Origin: an uncultured Verrucomicrobiae bacterium
GTDB lineage: Bacteria; Verrucomicrobiota; Verrucomicrobiia; Palsa-1439
Assembly (NCBI GenBank): GCA_963812605.1
Contig: CAWEWF010000014.1
Location: 36,418 to 100,417, forward strand
Direction of reading: 5' to 3'
DNA length: 64,000 nucleotides
Notes under the pieces: generated by a model
The model's database searches: none
Seen by the model: the letters and a program-made list of their open reading frames with translations, nothing else
What the model was told of the DNA's origin: nothing
In this document: positions 16,834 to 26,756 of the stretch, one piece after another
How positions within the stretch are numbered: position 1 is the first letter of the stretch
Layout: every line of letters begins with the position of its first letter
Translations under genes and position numbers: made by a program

Positions 16834-17955
16834 CTACGGCTGTGGGAACTTCTTGTTAAGAAACCGGCCGTTCTTTTGAATGAGCGCGCCGTCGACGTAC
16901 AACTCGCCGCCTTTGCGGAGGTCACAGACCATGTCCCAGTGCAGGCCGCTGCGGTTCTTGTTGCCGGTCTCGGTGTAACCCGCGCCGAGCGCGAGGTGGA
17001 TCGTGCCGCCGATTTTTTCATCGAACAACGTGTTCTTCGTGTAGCGCGTCACGTTGTAATTCGTCCCGATGGCGCCTTCGCCAAGGTAACAGGAGCCGCC
17101 ATCCATGTTGATCATCGCCCGCAGGAAATCCTGCCCTTTTTCCGCCTCGGCTTTCACGACCTTCCCGCGCTCGAAGGTCAGTCGCGCGCCATGCACTTCG
17201 CGTCCGCCATGGACCGCCGGGAAACTGAATTTCACATGGCCTTCGACGCTGTTCTCGACCGGCCCGGTGAAGACCTCGCCGTCGGGGAAATTGTAATGGC
17301 CGTCACAGTTGATCCACTTGCGGCCTTTGCAGGAGTAACGGATGTCGGTGTCTTCCGCGACGATGCGCACTTCGCGCGACTTGTTGAGGAAATTGGTGAG
17401 GGCTTGCTGCTCCTTTGAGATGCGTTTCCAGGCGGCGATGGGATCGCGATCGTCGAGATGGCCCGCGCCGAACACGAATTCCTCATATTCCGTCAGCGAC
17501 ATCTCGGCGTCCTGCGCGCTGGCATTGCACGGCCATTGCGTGCCGACCCACCGCAACTTGCCGCTCGCGCTGCGGTCCATGAAAATTTTGTTGATCGGTT
17601 TGCGCGCGGAAGAGGCCGCCGCCAGCAGTTTCGGGTCAACATTGGTCAACGCCTTGGTGTTCTCCTCGGCCCAGAAGCTGATGAGCGCGTCCACCTTGCT
17701 GAGCTTGTACTTCGCGAACGGCGACACCCACTTGAGCTGCTCTTTATTCGCCTCTGCGTAGAAGATTTCTGCCAGGCTATCAATGCGCACGTCGGTGATC
17801 ACAAATGCGCCGCAGCGTAACGCCGCGCGGTAGCATTCGCGCAGCAACGGGGCGGTGGACGCATCGCCCTGGATGGCGACGATGTCGCCGGGTTTCAGCG
17901 CGACGGAGTATTCCGTCAGCAAGCGGGCAAGTTTTTCGTGGCGCGGGTCTTTCAT
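16834..17955 (-). CDS. Aminopeptidase, peptidase family M29 (AmpS/PepS-like)
   Basis: Full-length similarity in architecture to thermophilic metalloaminopeptidases. Start moved to the internal ATG (MKDPRHEKL), which abuts the stop of the upstream gene at 17958. The first 30 codons of the track ORF are R-rich. Confidence 0.7.
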   Translation of the reverse strand: MKDPRHEKLARLLTEYSVALKPGDIVAIQGDASTAPLLRECYRAALRCGAFVITDVRIDSLAEIFYAEANKEQLKWVSPFAKYKLSKVDALISFWAEENTKALTNVDPKLLAAASSARKPINKIFMDRSASGKLRWVGTQWPCNASAQDAEMSLTEYEEFVFGAGHLDDRDPIAAWKRISKEQQALTNFLNKSREVRIVAEDTDIRYSCKGRKWINCDGHYNFPDGEVFTGPVENSVEGHVKFSFPAVHGGREVHGARLTFERGKVVKAEAEKGQDFLRAMINMDGGSCYLGEGAIGTNYNVTRYTKNTLFDEKIGGTIHLALGAGYTETGNKNRSGLHWDMVCDLRKGGELYVDGALIQKNGRFLNKKFPQP

Positions 17956-17957
17956 GA

Positions 17958-19584
17958 TCACTGAACCTCCTGTATTGATTCGTCTTTGGCGGTCGCGGCG
18001 GCTTCTGGCAGCGGCGCAATCTCCACGACTCGCCACTCCGCCCAATCCAGCGGGTCCACGTCCAGATAATAGGTATGAACGCAGGTGAGCACGCGCTGGG
18101 GATCGCCCAGCACTTTCAGCGGGATGCGCAGGGTCAATTCCTGTCCCCGACGATGGATTTGCACGGCGTTTTTCGGCAATCGGCGCGTCTGATCCACGAC
18201 TTCATGCCACAGCTCCCCGACGTTAATCCGCAGTTTCGGCATCTGCTCAAAGGGCTGACCGGCACGATAGCCGAAGGCAAAAATCGAAGCCGATACGCCG
18301 CCGAACAAGTGCTTTGACAGGCGCACGGTCACCACCAGTTTGTCATCCTCCAGCCGGGTCGACATCTTTTCGATACCGACGAAATTCGTCCGTTCCTCGT
18401 CATTCAACTGTTCCTTGAGCAGTGGAAAGCGTTGTCGGCGACCCGCCAGAAACTGGTTGTTCGTTTGAACGGCGGACGCAGTAACGGGTGGGAAATCGCC
18501 AAACAACTCATTGGCCCGGACAAATGAGTTCAGGTAGGTCCGGCTATACTCCAGTTGACTGCGATGCGCTTGCAATGCTGATTTCTTAACCTGAACCTGT
18601 TGTGGAGACAATGGCACAATGCTCCAATCGACAATGTCGGCCAGCCGCGATGGAGGCTGGATGGGGCTGGGCAATCTGCAAGCCTTCCGGCACCGGCCAG
18701 TGGGCGAAGTGGACGAGGTACGGATAAACTTCCGGGCACATTTCGCTTTCGAGGTCCCACAGCGCCACGCGGGTGAAGAGATACAATGCCTGGTGATCGA
18801 CGTTGTGGTCCGATGGATGGGAAACGAACACTTTGGTCGGCTTGAACTCGCGCAGGTTCGTCTCGATGTCATGGAGGATGTCCTCACCCTTGTAAGGCGC
18901 GCCGGGCCGAAACGCGTTGGCATAGGGGACTTTCGTGACCCGGGTCAACATGCTCTCGAGTGGTGGCTGGTTGGCCCAGTGCCGGTACCAGATGGTCAGC
19001 GTGCCGAAATCCGGATAGCCCAGAAACGCGAGTTGATCCGGCTCAACCCCGAGGACTTTGGCAGCGGCGACGCCCTCATCGTGTCGCACCTCACCCATTT
19101 CCCGAACGGATCCGGGCATTAACACGAATCGCCTGCGATACATCATGAACGACCATTCGTTGTTGTCGCCATAGGTGAGCCAGACAATCCGCACCGGCAG
19201 TTTCATGGCGACCGCTTCCTGAATGACGCCGGCGCAACCAAGAGTCTCGTCATCGGGGTGCGGCGCGAACACGAGGATCCGATCATCTTGACCAAGGGTT
19301 GGCTTGATCGGCAGTGAGGCCTCGACCAGCGGCTGGTCGCGTGCCATCGCGCAGGTGATACCCATCCCGCAGGAGAGGGCAAGGAGAAAGACTCGCCTTG
19401 CTGCGGACCGGAATTGCCGCCAGCGATGAGTCAGATGAGTCAATTGATTGTTAGCCTTCAGCGCCACTTCGAGAATCAGTCCCCAAATCGAATCGGAGGT
19501 TACGTTGTCGCCCCGATTTTGTCCATCCTGACGAAAGGAGGCGAAGCCGGAGCGGAGACAGGAATGGAGTTCACTGAGCCGCAA
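17958..19584 (-). pseudogene. PIG-L/LmbE-family N-acetylglucosaminyl deacetylase with a ~200-aa C-terminal extension; one frameshift near 18.64-18.70 kb splits it into ORFs 18586-19584 and 17958-18923
   Basis: Motif VFAPHPDDETLGCAG (PIG-L signature) in the upstream ORF. The downstream ORF supplies the family's C-terminal AHRSQ motif after nonsense N-terminal codons. Signal-peptide-like LLALSCGMGITCAMA. Confidence 0.6.
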
Positions 19585-19661
19585 GTCATTAGGTGGTCGC
19601 TGACGGCATAGGGAATGCTTTCTTTAGGTGCGTACGAGCAGCGAAAAGGAGGCCGAAAACA

Positions 19662-20474
19662 GTGTACTTGCAGTACTACAACCTGCGGGAAGCGCCGTTC
19701 AATATCACGCCGGACCCGCGTTTTCTTTTTTACAGCGCGAAGCATCAGGAGGCGTTCAATCATCTCCTGTTTGGCGTTCGCGAACGGAAAGGCTTTATCG
19801 AGCTTACCGGCGAAGTCGGCGCGGGCAAGACGACGATTTGCCGCAAGTTGCTTGAAGAACTTGGCCCGACTTACAAAACGGCGCTCATCCTCAACCCGTG
19901 CCTGAGCAGCCACCAGCTCATCAAGACCATCGCCATGGAGTTCGGCCTCAAGGCCCGGGGAATCGATCGCGTGGCCTATCTGCAAGCGATCAATGATTTC
20001 GTCCTCCAAGAGGTCAATCAAGGCCACGATGTGGTTCTCGTCATCGACGAAGCGCAGGATCTCAGCGATGAATTGCTCGAACAGGTGCGGCTGCTTTCCA
20101 ATCTCGAAACGGATCGCCAAAAACTGATGCAGATCATCCTGATGGGGCAACCCGAACTCCGCGAGAAACTGCAACAGCCGAAGCTGCGGCAACTCCGCCA
20201 GCGTATCACCGTGCGCTATCACCTCCGACCGCTCGACGCGACCGAGACGGTCGCCTACATCAACCACCGCCTCACGCTCGCCGGCGCCAACGGCACGCCG
20301 CGTTTCGAGGAAGGCGCGGCCCGACTGGTCTTCAGATATTCCGAAGGCATTCCGCGTTTGATCAACGCTGTTTGTGACAAGACTTTGCTGGCAGGATTCG
20401 TCATGCAGACCGGCTTGATGACGCGGAAACTGGTGGACCTGGCCATCGAAGAACTTCAAGGAGTGGCGGCGTGA
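19662..20474 (+). CDS. ExeA/GspA-like AAA ATPase (PEP-CTERM-locus-type secretion ATPase family)
   Basis: GTG start giving MYLQYYNLREAPF (the ExeA-family N-terminus), Walker A GEVGAGKTT, Walker B VVLVIDEAQ. Confidence 0.75.
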   Translation: MYLQYYNLREAPFNITPDPRFLFYSAKHQEAFNHLLFGVRERKGFIELTGEVGAGKTTICRKLLEELGPTYKTALILNPCLSSHQLIKTIAMEFGLKARGIDRVAYLQAINDFVLQEVNQGHDVVLVIDEAQDLSDELLEQVRLLSNLETDRQKLMQIILMGQPELREKLQQPKLRQLRQRITVRYHLRPLDATETVAYINHRLTLAGANGTPRFEEGAARLVFRYSEGIPRLINAVCDKTLLAGFVMQTGLMTRKLVDLAIEELQGVAA

Positions 20475-20761
20475 GCCTGATTAACGAAGCCCTGAAACGA
20501 ACTCGCGACGCTGCGGCCAATGGGGGCACTCCCCAGCGCGCTACGGCAAGCTATCGCGTCCAGAGCAAAGTCGAGTCGAGCGGCGCCAAGGGCAATTTCT
20601 TCGCCACAATCCTGATCGCCGGCGTGATTCTGGTCAGTGTCATTGTGCTCGGGTCGCGGATCGCCAAACGCGTTCAAAACGTGCAGGACGGTTTCGCTTC
20701 GAGTCCGGATGCTTCGGCGACAGATGCTCCCGTGGTGGAAACAAAGCCGTCCGGCCCGTGA
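20471..20761 (+). CDS. Small single-pass membrane protein, translationally coupled to the ExeA-like ATPase
   Basis: GTGA overlap with the upstream stop. TM helix FFATILIAGVILVSVIVLG, then a Pro/Thr/Ala-rich linker. Confidence 0.5.
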   Translation: MSLINEALKRTRDAAANGGTPQRATASYRVQSKVESSGAKGNFFATILIAGVILVSVIVLGSRIAKRVQNVQDGFASSPDASATDAPVVETKPSGP

Positions 20762-21132
20762 CCCAGACGGCGACGGAGCCAGCGCCCATGCCGGAAGTGT
20801 CACCCGGGGTTGAAACGCCCGCGCCGCCCGTGCCGGCGACAACCGTCGTGGCGCCGACCGCCGATGCAAAAACCACCGAGGACCAAATCGTCAACAAACT
20901 CATGGAGCGGATCAAGGCCGAGCAGGGTGCCACGCCCAAGACGGCATCCGCGGACCTGCCGAAACTCGTTCTTCAGGGAATCACCTACGCGAAGGATGGC
21001 AGCGACGCGATGATCAACAACCAGACGGTCCATGAAGGCGAGGAGATCGAAGGCGCTCGTGTCGTCACGATCGAGAGCCGCCGGGTAAAACTCGATTTCA
21101 ACGGCCACGAGATTTCGCTGCGGTTGCCCTAA
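20758..21132 (+). CDS. Periplasmic-domain protein with a Pro/Thr-rich N-terminus and a C-terminal GspB/PilP-like beta domain; possibly the 3' part of the previous ORF (one frameshift)
   Basis: GTGA overlap. Linker composition continues across the junction. C-terminal LVLQGITYAKDGSDAMINNQTVHEGEEIEGARVVTIESRRVKLDFNGHEISL. Confidence 0.45.
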   Translation: MTQTATEPAPMPEVSPGVETPAPPVPATTVVAPTADAKTTEDQIVNKLMERIKAEQGATPKTASADLPKLVLQGITYAKDGSDAMINNQTVHEGEEIEGARVVTIESRRVKLDFNGHEISLRLP

Positions 21133-21197
21133 CGCGCTTCGCGCCGGTGGGTTTCTCTGGCAAACCCCGCGCCGCCTCCCTATATTCCTCACCGGAG

Positions 21198-21398
21198 ATG
21201 AAAATTTTCCAATGGGGCTTACTGCTGCGTTACATGGTGTACGGCGTTCTGCCGCTCGTCATCAGCTTCATTTTCCTGGAACGCCGCGTCGGCGAAGGCG
21301 CGGCGGGATATTTCTTCGTGGTGCTGGCGCTGGTGCTGCCCTTTGTCGCCGTCGGCTGGCTCGGGTGGCAGCATTTCCGTCATCGAAAGCAGAAGTAA
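21198..21398 (+). CDS. Small two-TM membrane protein (hypothetical)
   Basis: Internal ATG giving MKIFQWGLLLRYMVYGVLPLVISFIFL, then a second hydrophobic helix. Confidence 0.3.
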   Translation: MKIFQWGLLLRYMVYGVLPLVISFIFLERRVGEGAAGYFFVVLALVLPFVAVGWLGWQHFRHRKQK

Positions 21399-21404
21399 GT
21401 TGCC

Positions 21405-22841
21405 GTGAAAGGACAAGGATCCATGGCCCGAATCGCGACGAGTGTCAGTTACAGTTTCACGATGCGTCTGCGCGTTGTGAACAATGTGGGGATGTTCGCG
21501 AAACTCTTGCACGTAATCGCGCGGCAACAGGGCGATCCCGGCGCGGTGGACGTGGTCCGCGCGGACCGCAAATTCAAGGTGCGCGATCTCACGGTCAATG
21601 CCCGCGACGATGAACACGCCCACGCCATCATCGAGGCGGTGAAACGCATTCCGGGCATCACGGTCATCAATGTTTCCGACCGCGTGTTCCTCATGCATCT
21701 TGGCGGCAAGATCCGCATCCAGAACAAAATCCCGCTGACCACGCGCGACGCGCTCTCAATGGCCTACACGCCCGGCGTCGCGCGTGTGTGCCTCGCCATT
21801 GCCGAGGACAAACGCAAGGCCAGCACGCTCACGATCAAACACAACGCCGTTGCCGTGGTCAGCGACGGGTCCGCCGTCCTCGGCTTGGGCAACATCGGCC
21901 CCGAAGCCGCCATGCCCGTCATGGAAGGCAAAGCGATGCTTTTCAAGGAATTCGGCGACATCGATGCCTACCCGATTTGCCTGCAGACGCAAGACACGGA
22001 GGAAATTATCAACGCCGTAAAGTGGATCTCCACCGGATTCGGCGGCATCAACCTCGAAGACATCAGCGCGCCGCGTTGTTTCGAGATCGAAGACCGGCTC
22101 AAGGAGGAACTCGACATTCCCGTGTTCCACGACGACCAGCACGGCACTGCCGTTGTCGTTCTCGCCGCCGCGTTGAACGCCTTGAAGTTGCTCAAGAAAA
22201 AGATGAGCGAGATCAAAATCCTCGTCGTCGGCGCTGGTGCCGCGGGTGTCGCCGTCACCAAAATGCTGCAGGCCGCCGGCGCGCGCCACATTATTTGTTG
22301 CGACCGCAAAGGCATCATCTGCCGCAAACGCCTCCCCGACCTTGATTTCAGCAAGACGTGGCTGGCCGAGCACACCAACGCGCGCAATGTCAGCGGCTCC
22401 CTCGAGGACGCAGCGCGCAGTGCGCACCTGTTTATTGGTGTCAGCGGTCCGGGCGTCTTCACGGTCAACGCGCTCAAGAAGATGGCGAAAGACGCGATCG
22501 TGTTCGCGCTCGCCAACCCGACACCGGAAATCATGCCGGAAGACGCGGAGCCGTACGCGCGCATCATCGCCACGGGCCGCAGCGACTATCCGAACCAGAT
22601 CAACAATGTCCTCGCGTTCCCCGGCATCTTCCGCGGCGCGCTCGACGCCCGCGCCACCGCCATCACCGAACCGATGAAACTCGCCGCCGCCAAGGCCATC
22701 GCCGGCTGCATCACCCCCGACGAACTCAGCGAGGAATACATCATCCCCAGCGTCTTCAACAAACAGGTTTCCCGCCGCGTCGCCCGCGCCGTCGAACAGG
22801 CCGCCTACGCCGGCAATGTGGGGAAAAGGCCGAGGGGTTAG
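21405..22841 (+). CDS. NAD(P)-dependent malic enzyme with N-terminal ACT domain
   Basis: Malic-enzyme signature region (YTPGVARVC) and NAD-binding GAGAAGVA Rossmann motif. An ACT-like ~70 aa N-terminus is typical of bacterial short malic enzymes. Confidence 0.85.
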   Translation: MKGQGSMARIATSVSYSFTMRLRVVNNVGMFAKLLHVIARQQGDPGAVDVVRADRKFKVRDLTVNARDDEHAHAIIEAVKRIPGITVINVSDRVFLMHLGGKIRIQNKIPLTTRDALSMAYTPGVARVCLAIAEDKRKASTLTIKHNAVAVVSDGSAVLGLGNIGPEAAMPVMEGKAMLFKEFGDIDAYPICLQTQDTEEIINAVKWISTGFGGINLEDISAPRCFEIEDRLKEELDIPVFHDDQHGTAVVVLAAALNALKLLKKKMSEIKILVVGAGAAGVAVTKMLQAAGARHIICCDRKGIICRKRLPDLDFSKTWLAEHTNARNVSGSLEDAARSAHLFIGVSGPGVFTVNALKKMAKDAIVFALANPTPEIMPEDAEPYARIIATGRSDYPNQINNVLAFPGIFRGALDARATAITEPMKLAAAKAIAGCITPDELSEEYIIPSVFNKQVSRRVARAVEQAAYAGNVGKRPRG

Positions 22842-22885
22842 TAGCTCCAACAACCAAAAGACAGGCTCGCCATCACTGGTATTGA

Positions 22886-24457
22886 TTATTGTAACTTCGC
22901 CAGGTGACGCGCTTGTCTCGGCGGTGAACCGGGTATTGCGACAGCGCGCCTGCGGTTGGCGTCTTGCTGAAGCGCGCGATGAACCTCCTCTTGCGGAAGG
23001 TTGATTTCTACCGTGAGATACCGCGCCGCCAGGTCCCGCAGTCGCTGCAGGGCGATGCTGTGCGTTTGCCTGGTCTGCGCGTACAGCCAATCCGAGAAAT
23101 GGAGAAATGACCAGAACGGCGAACCCCTCACCTTGATCCTCTCCCCCAAGGGGAGAGGGGACTCTGGAAACGCTGAACCGTCGCGCCAGAGGAGAGGCGT
23201 CGTCTCCACGAAATTGCCGCTGTTGCCAACGAGATCCCAGTAGCGGGCGAAGCGGCGCAGGCGCTGCATCGTGAAAAAATCGATCAGCTTCGTCTGTAGG
23301 ATTTCGTAGGGCGGTTCGGGACTGTAGACCATGCCCCATTCGCGGTCGTGACGCACAATCGGTGTCCCGCGCAGCCGTTTTAGCAGCCCGACCTGGATCT
23401 CCTGCGGTGCGAGCGCAACCAGCCGGTCAAACCCCGCCGCAAAACTTTCCAGATTTTCCCCCGGCAAGCCGACAATCAGGTCGGCATGGACGTGCACGCC
23501 TGTCTCCTTGCGGAGCCAGCGCAGATTTTCCTCGACCTTCGCGTTGTCCTGGCGGCGACTGATGAGCTTGGCGACTTCCTCGTTGAAGGTCTGGACGCCG
23601 ACCTCGAATTGCAGCGCTCCCGCCGGAAACTTTTTGATCGGTTCGCGCAACGCCTCCGGCAAACGGTCGGGAATCATCTCGAAGTGCACGAACAACCCCG
23701 GCCGATGGCGTTCGAGAAAGAAATCCAGGATGGCCGAACTGATCTTGAGGTTGAGATTGAAGGTGCGGTCGACGAACTTGAACTGTCGCGCGCCGCGGTC
23801 GAGCAAGCGCTGCATCGCCGCCAAAAACCTGTCGAGCGTGGCGTTGCGCACCGGGATGTCGAGTGACGACAGGCAAAACTCACATTCAAACGGGCAGCCG
23901 CGCGATGCTTCTACATAGATGACGCGATGCGCAATATCGGCGTCCGTGTAGAGTTCATACGGTAATGCCAGATGGTAGAAATCGGGCAGGGGAGCGGGAA
24001 TGATATGCGGTTGTAGTGGGGCGGGCGTCTCGCCCGCCAATGGTTGTTGATTCAGCGGGCGAGACGCCCGCCCCACTAATTCCCGGCACACCTCCGCAAA
24101 CGCCAGATCGGCCTCACCCGTGATGACGTGATCGACGAGACGGACAATTTCCTGCCGGTCGCATTCATAGCTGACCTCCGGCCCGCCCAGGATGATGATT
24201 AGCTCCGGCCGCAGCCGTTTCAAATCCGCCACCACGTGCAGCGACTGGGTTGCGTTCCAGATGTAAACGCCAATGCCGACGATCTTCGGCTCATGGCGGA
24301 GAATCACCTCGACGACGTCGATGGGCCGCTGATTGATGTCGAATTCGAGAATCCGCGCCCGGCCTTGCAACTCGCCCAGGTTCGCCATCAGGTATCGCAA
24401 CCCAAACGCACAGTGCGCGTACTTCGCGTTCAGCGTGGTGAGAATGATGTCCGGCAT
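22886..24457 (-). CDS. B12-binding domain + radical SAM protein (DUF4080-type)
   Basis: N-terminal cobalamin-binding-like domain, CxxxCxxC cluster motif [12 protein letters not shown], and a C-terminal extension. Confidence 0.8.
   Translation of the reverse strand: MPDIILTTLNAKYAHCAFGLRYLMANLGELQGRARILEFDINQRPIDVVEVILRHEPKIVGIGVYIWNATQSLHVVADLKRLRPELIIILGGPEVSYECDRQEIVRLVDHVITGEADLAFAEVCRELVGRASRPLNQQPLAGETPAPLQPHIIPAPLPDFYHLALPYELYTDADIAHRVIYVEASRGCPFECEFCLSSLDIPVRNATLDRFLAAMQRLLDRGARQFKFVDRTFNLNLKISSAILDFFLERHRPGLFVHFEMIPDRLPEALREPIKKFPAGALQFEVGVQTFNEEVAKLISRRQDNAKVEENLRWLRKETGVHVHADLIVGLPGENLESFAAGFDRLVALAPQEIQVGLLKRLRGTPIVRHDREWGMVYSPEPPYEILQTKLIDFFTMQRLRRFARYWDLVGNSGNFVETTPLLWRDGSAFPESPLPLGERIKVRGSPFWSFLHFSDWLYAQTRQTHSIALQRLRDLAARYLTVEINLPQEEVHRALQQDANRRRAVAIPGSPPRQARHLAKLQ
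24014..24078. repeat. Perfect 24-bp inverted repeat (arms 24014-24037 and 24055-24078, 17-bp spacer) lying in-frame inside the radical-SAM linker
   Basis: tagtggggcgggcgtctcgcccgc … gcgggcgagacgcccgccccacta, read directly from the sequence. Confidence 0.8.
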
Positions 24458-24541
24458 GCTGGCGGCAAATTATGTCATACCCAGCGTTCGGGGCAATGCC
24501 CGAATCATCCCCACCACGTGAAACCGGCGTGAGCCGCCGCG

Positions 24542-25090
24542 TTATTTCTTCTCGAGCGGCGTGAATCGGAATTTCTGCCCGCCCACGCTGGCCTCAAACA
24601 TCAAGCCGCCCTTGGCAACCGTGAAGACCACCACGCCCTGCTTGTACTTCGCATCGGCGGACGCGCTCTCGGCGGCGGCCACCGCGCTGACCCCGGCGCT
24701 CATGGCCCATTCGCTGCCCTTGAAGTTGTCCAGCGAGGTCTTGTCTTCGAAGAAGATCACCTCGGCGAATTTCTGGCCGCCCAATTGCGCGCCGATCGTG
24801 ACTTGTGTCATCCGCGCAGTCCCGACCAATGTTCCCTTCTCGAAAACCTCGCCGTCGCCCGCCGCGCCGCCGATGCCGACCGCGGCTTTGCCGATGCCCG
24901 GAAATACCACGTACCCGTACGCCGTATCGAAAAGCTTCCCAATCGTCGAGTCGGTTTTCTTGAAAAGCTGGATGGCGTCCTTGACTTGTTGATCCACCGT
25001 GGGTTGTGCTTGAGGTTCATCCGCCGACGCCGCGAAGGCGCCCGCAAGTACAGCAACTGCAAACAGACCGATCAATCGTAACTTTCTCAT
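24542..25090 (-). CDS. Secreted SYLF (Ysc84/DUF500) lipid-binding domain protein
   Basis: Signal peptide MRKLRLIGLFAVAVLAGAFAASA. Gly-rich YGYVVFPGIGKAAVGIGGAAGDGEVF is typical of SYLF domains. Confidence 0.5.
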   Translation of the reverse strand: MRKLRLIGLFAVAVLAGAFAASADEPQAQPTVDQQVKDAIQLFKKTDSTIGKLFDTAYGYVVFPGIGKAAVGIGGAAGDGEVFEKGTLVGTARMTQVTIGAQLGGQKFAEVIFFEDKTSLDNFKGSEWAMSAGVSAVAAAESASADAKYKQGVVVFTVAKGGLMFEASVGGQKFRFTPLEKK

Positions 25091-25243
25091 GGTTCCCCCT
25101 CCATTGTGATGGCCGCCGTTGATGACGACCGTCGGGAGTGTAGCATAATGGGAAACCAAAAATCAAAGATTACAGATTCCGGGTAGTGTCCTGATTTGAG
25201 TCTCGCTATTTCATAAGGGCTATTAATAATGTTCGACAGCTAG

Positions 25244-25651
25244 ATGAACATTCGCAGAATGGCACTCGTGTTGAGCGGGACATTATACGGCATCTCGCTT
25301 TTTTGTCCGGTCTTCGCGTTTCAAGAAGGAGACTCAGGATTTCTTCCAGGTTTTGTCTGTCTCGCGTTTGGTGCTTTCGCCGGGCAATTTGCTTGGTACG
25401 CCAACCCGTTTTATTTTGCCGCACTTATCGCATTGGGGATGAAGAAGCGCGATTTCGCTGCCCTCTTTTCATGTTCTGCGCTGGCAATAGCTTTGGCGAC
25501 CTTATTGATCAAGGGAATTGAGAGAGATGAGGCTGGAAACATGACAGCCGTTGTGGGGTATCGACCGGGTTTTTATTTGTGGTTATCCAGCATGTTTGTT
25601 GTATTAGTGGCTGCCGTCATCGGTATCGTGAAGCCAGAATCATCGAACTAA
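25244..25651 (+). CDS. Hypothetical polytopic membrane protein in an AT-rich patch
   Basis: 3-4 predicted TM helices. Local GC is clearly lower than the flanks (25.16-25.72 kb). Confidence 0.4.
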   Translation: MNIRRMALVLSGTLYGISLFCPVFAFQEGDSGFLPGFVCLAFGAFAGQFAWYANPFYFAALIALGMKKRDFAALFSCSALAIALATLLIKGIERDEAGNMTAVVGYRPGFYLWLSSMFVVLVAAVIGIVKPESSN

Positions 25652-25761
25652 ACGCTTCAGCCAAACGCAAAGCGAGTATGTGGATTGGGTAATTGACTGC
25701 GGGAAATGTGGTCGAGGCTTGACACTTGACATTTTACGTCTGGCGGGTCAACGTGCTAAAC

Positions 25762-26715
25762 ATGGCGCGACCGATTCGGGTGGAATTTCCGGGGGCTGTC
25801 TATCACGTGATGGCGCGCGGCAATGAGCGGCGCGACATCTTCCGCGATGATCGGGACCGAGAGCGGTTCCTCGACACCCTGGCCGGGGCGGTCGAGCGAT
25901 ACGGCTGGCGACTGCATGGCTACTGTCTCATGGGCAATCACTACCACGCGCTGGTGGGGACGCCGCGCGGAAACCTCAGCCACGGGATGGGCTGGTTGCA
26001 GGCCACCTACACCGCGCGATTCAATGCGCGGCATCGCCGACGGGGCCACCTGTTTGCCGGTCGCTACAAGGCCCAGATCATTGAAGCCGATGAATATGCG
26101 CGCTGGCTGGTAGAATACTTGCATCTCAATCCAGTGCGTCCCACCAACAAACGTCAACGCCTGGATCCCACGCGTCAGGAGGAATTGCAGCGCTACCGCT
26201 GGAGTAGCCACGGCGACTATGCCGGCTTGCGTCGCCAACCGCCCCCTTGGCTCTGCCTCGAATGGCAACGCTATTGGGGCCGGAACAAACGGGAAGCGGT
26301 CGCGGAATATCGAAAAGCCATGCGGCAGGCGTTTGGGTGTGTCGTCAGCAGCCCTTGGGAGCAAGTACGACGGGGATTGATCCTCGGGAGCGACGCGCTG
26401 TATGATCAGGTCCGACAACAGATCGAACAGCAGGACGGTTTGCAAGAAGCGCGCTGGACAGTTGCCGAAAATCAGCAGCGCGTGACCCAACGGATCAAGG
26501 AACTCGTAGCGCATGAACCGGACCGACGAATCCAACTCTGGGCGCGGGTGTGCTTGGGAGCTGAACGCAGCATCGAGGTGGCACGGGAACGCGGGTATCG
26601 AGACGGAAGCGCCGTGCGCCAGGTCATCAAGCGCCTCGAAGTCACCGCCCAAACCGACCGCCAACTGCGAAACCAACTGGATCGTCTCCGCAAAATGTCA
26701 AGAGTCAAGCCTTGA
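25762..26715 (+). CDS. HUH (Y1) transposase-domain protein, IS200-like/RAYT-like long form
   Basis: VYHVMARGNERRDIF … YCLMGNHYHALV is the HUH motif region of the IS200/IS605 TnpA / REP-associated tyrosine transposase fold. It carries a ~190-aa C-terminal extension. Confidence 0.7.
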   Translation: MARPIRVEFPGAVYHVMARGNERRDIFRDDRDRERFLDTLAGAVERYGWRLHGYCLMGNHYHALVGTPRGNLSHGMGWLQATYTARFNARHRRRGHLFAGRYKAQIIEADEYARWLVEYLHLNPVRPTNKRQRLDPTRQEELQRYRWSSHGDYAGLRRQPPPWLCLEWQRYWGRNKREAVAEYRKAMRQAFGCVVSSPWEQVRRGLILGSDALYDQVRQQIEQQDGLQEARWTVAENQQRVTQRIKELVAHEPDRRIQLWARVCLGAERSIEVARERGYRDGSAVRQVIKRLEVTAQTDRQLRNQLDRLRKMSRVKP

Positions 26716-26756
26716 CCCCTTTATCTTTATTTTATTTACCAGAAGTCTTCCCTGCG

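Noticed and set aside
21756-23339. 527-aa minus-strand ORF overlapping the malic enzyme and radical SAM gene ends
   Set aside because: Antisense to the motif-supported malic enzyme. Gly/Ala/Arg-rich. The real genes account for the region.
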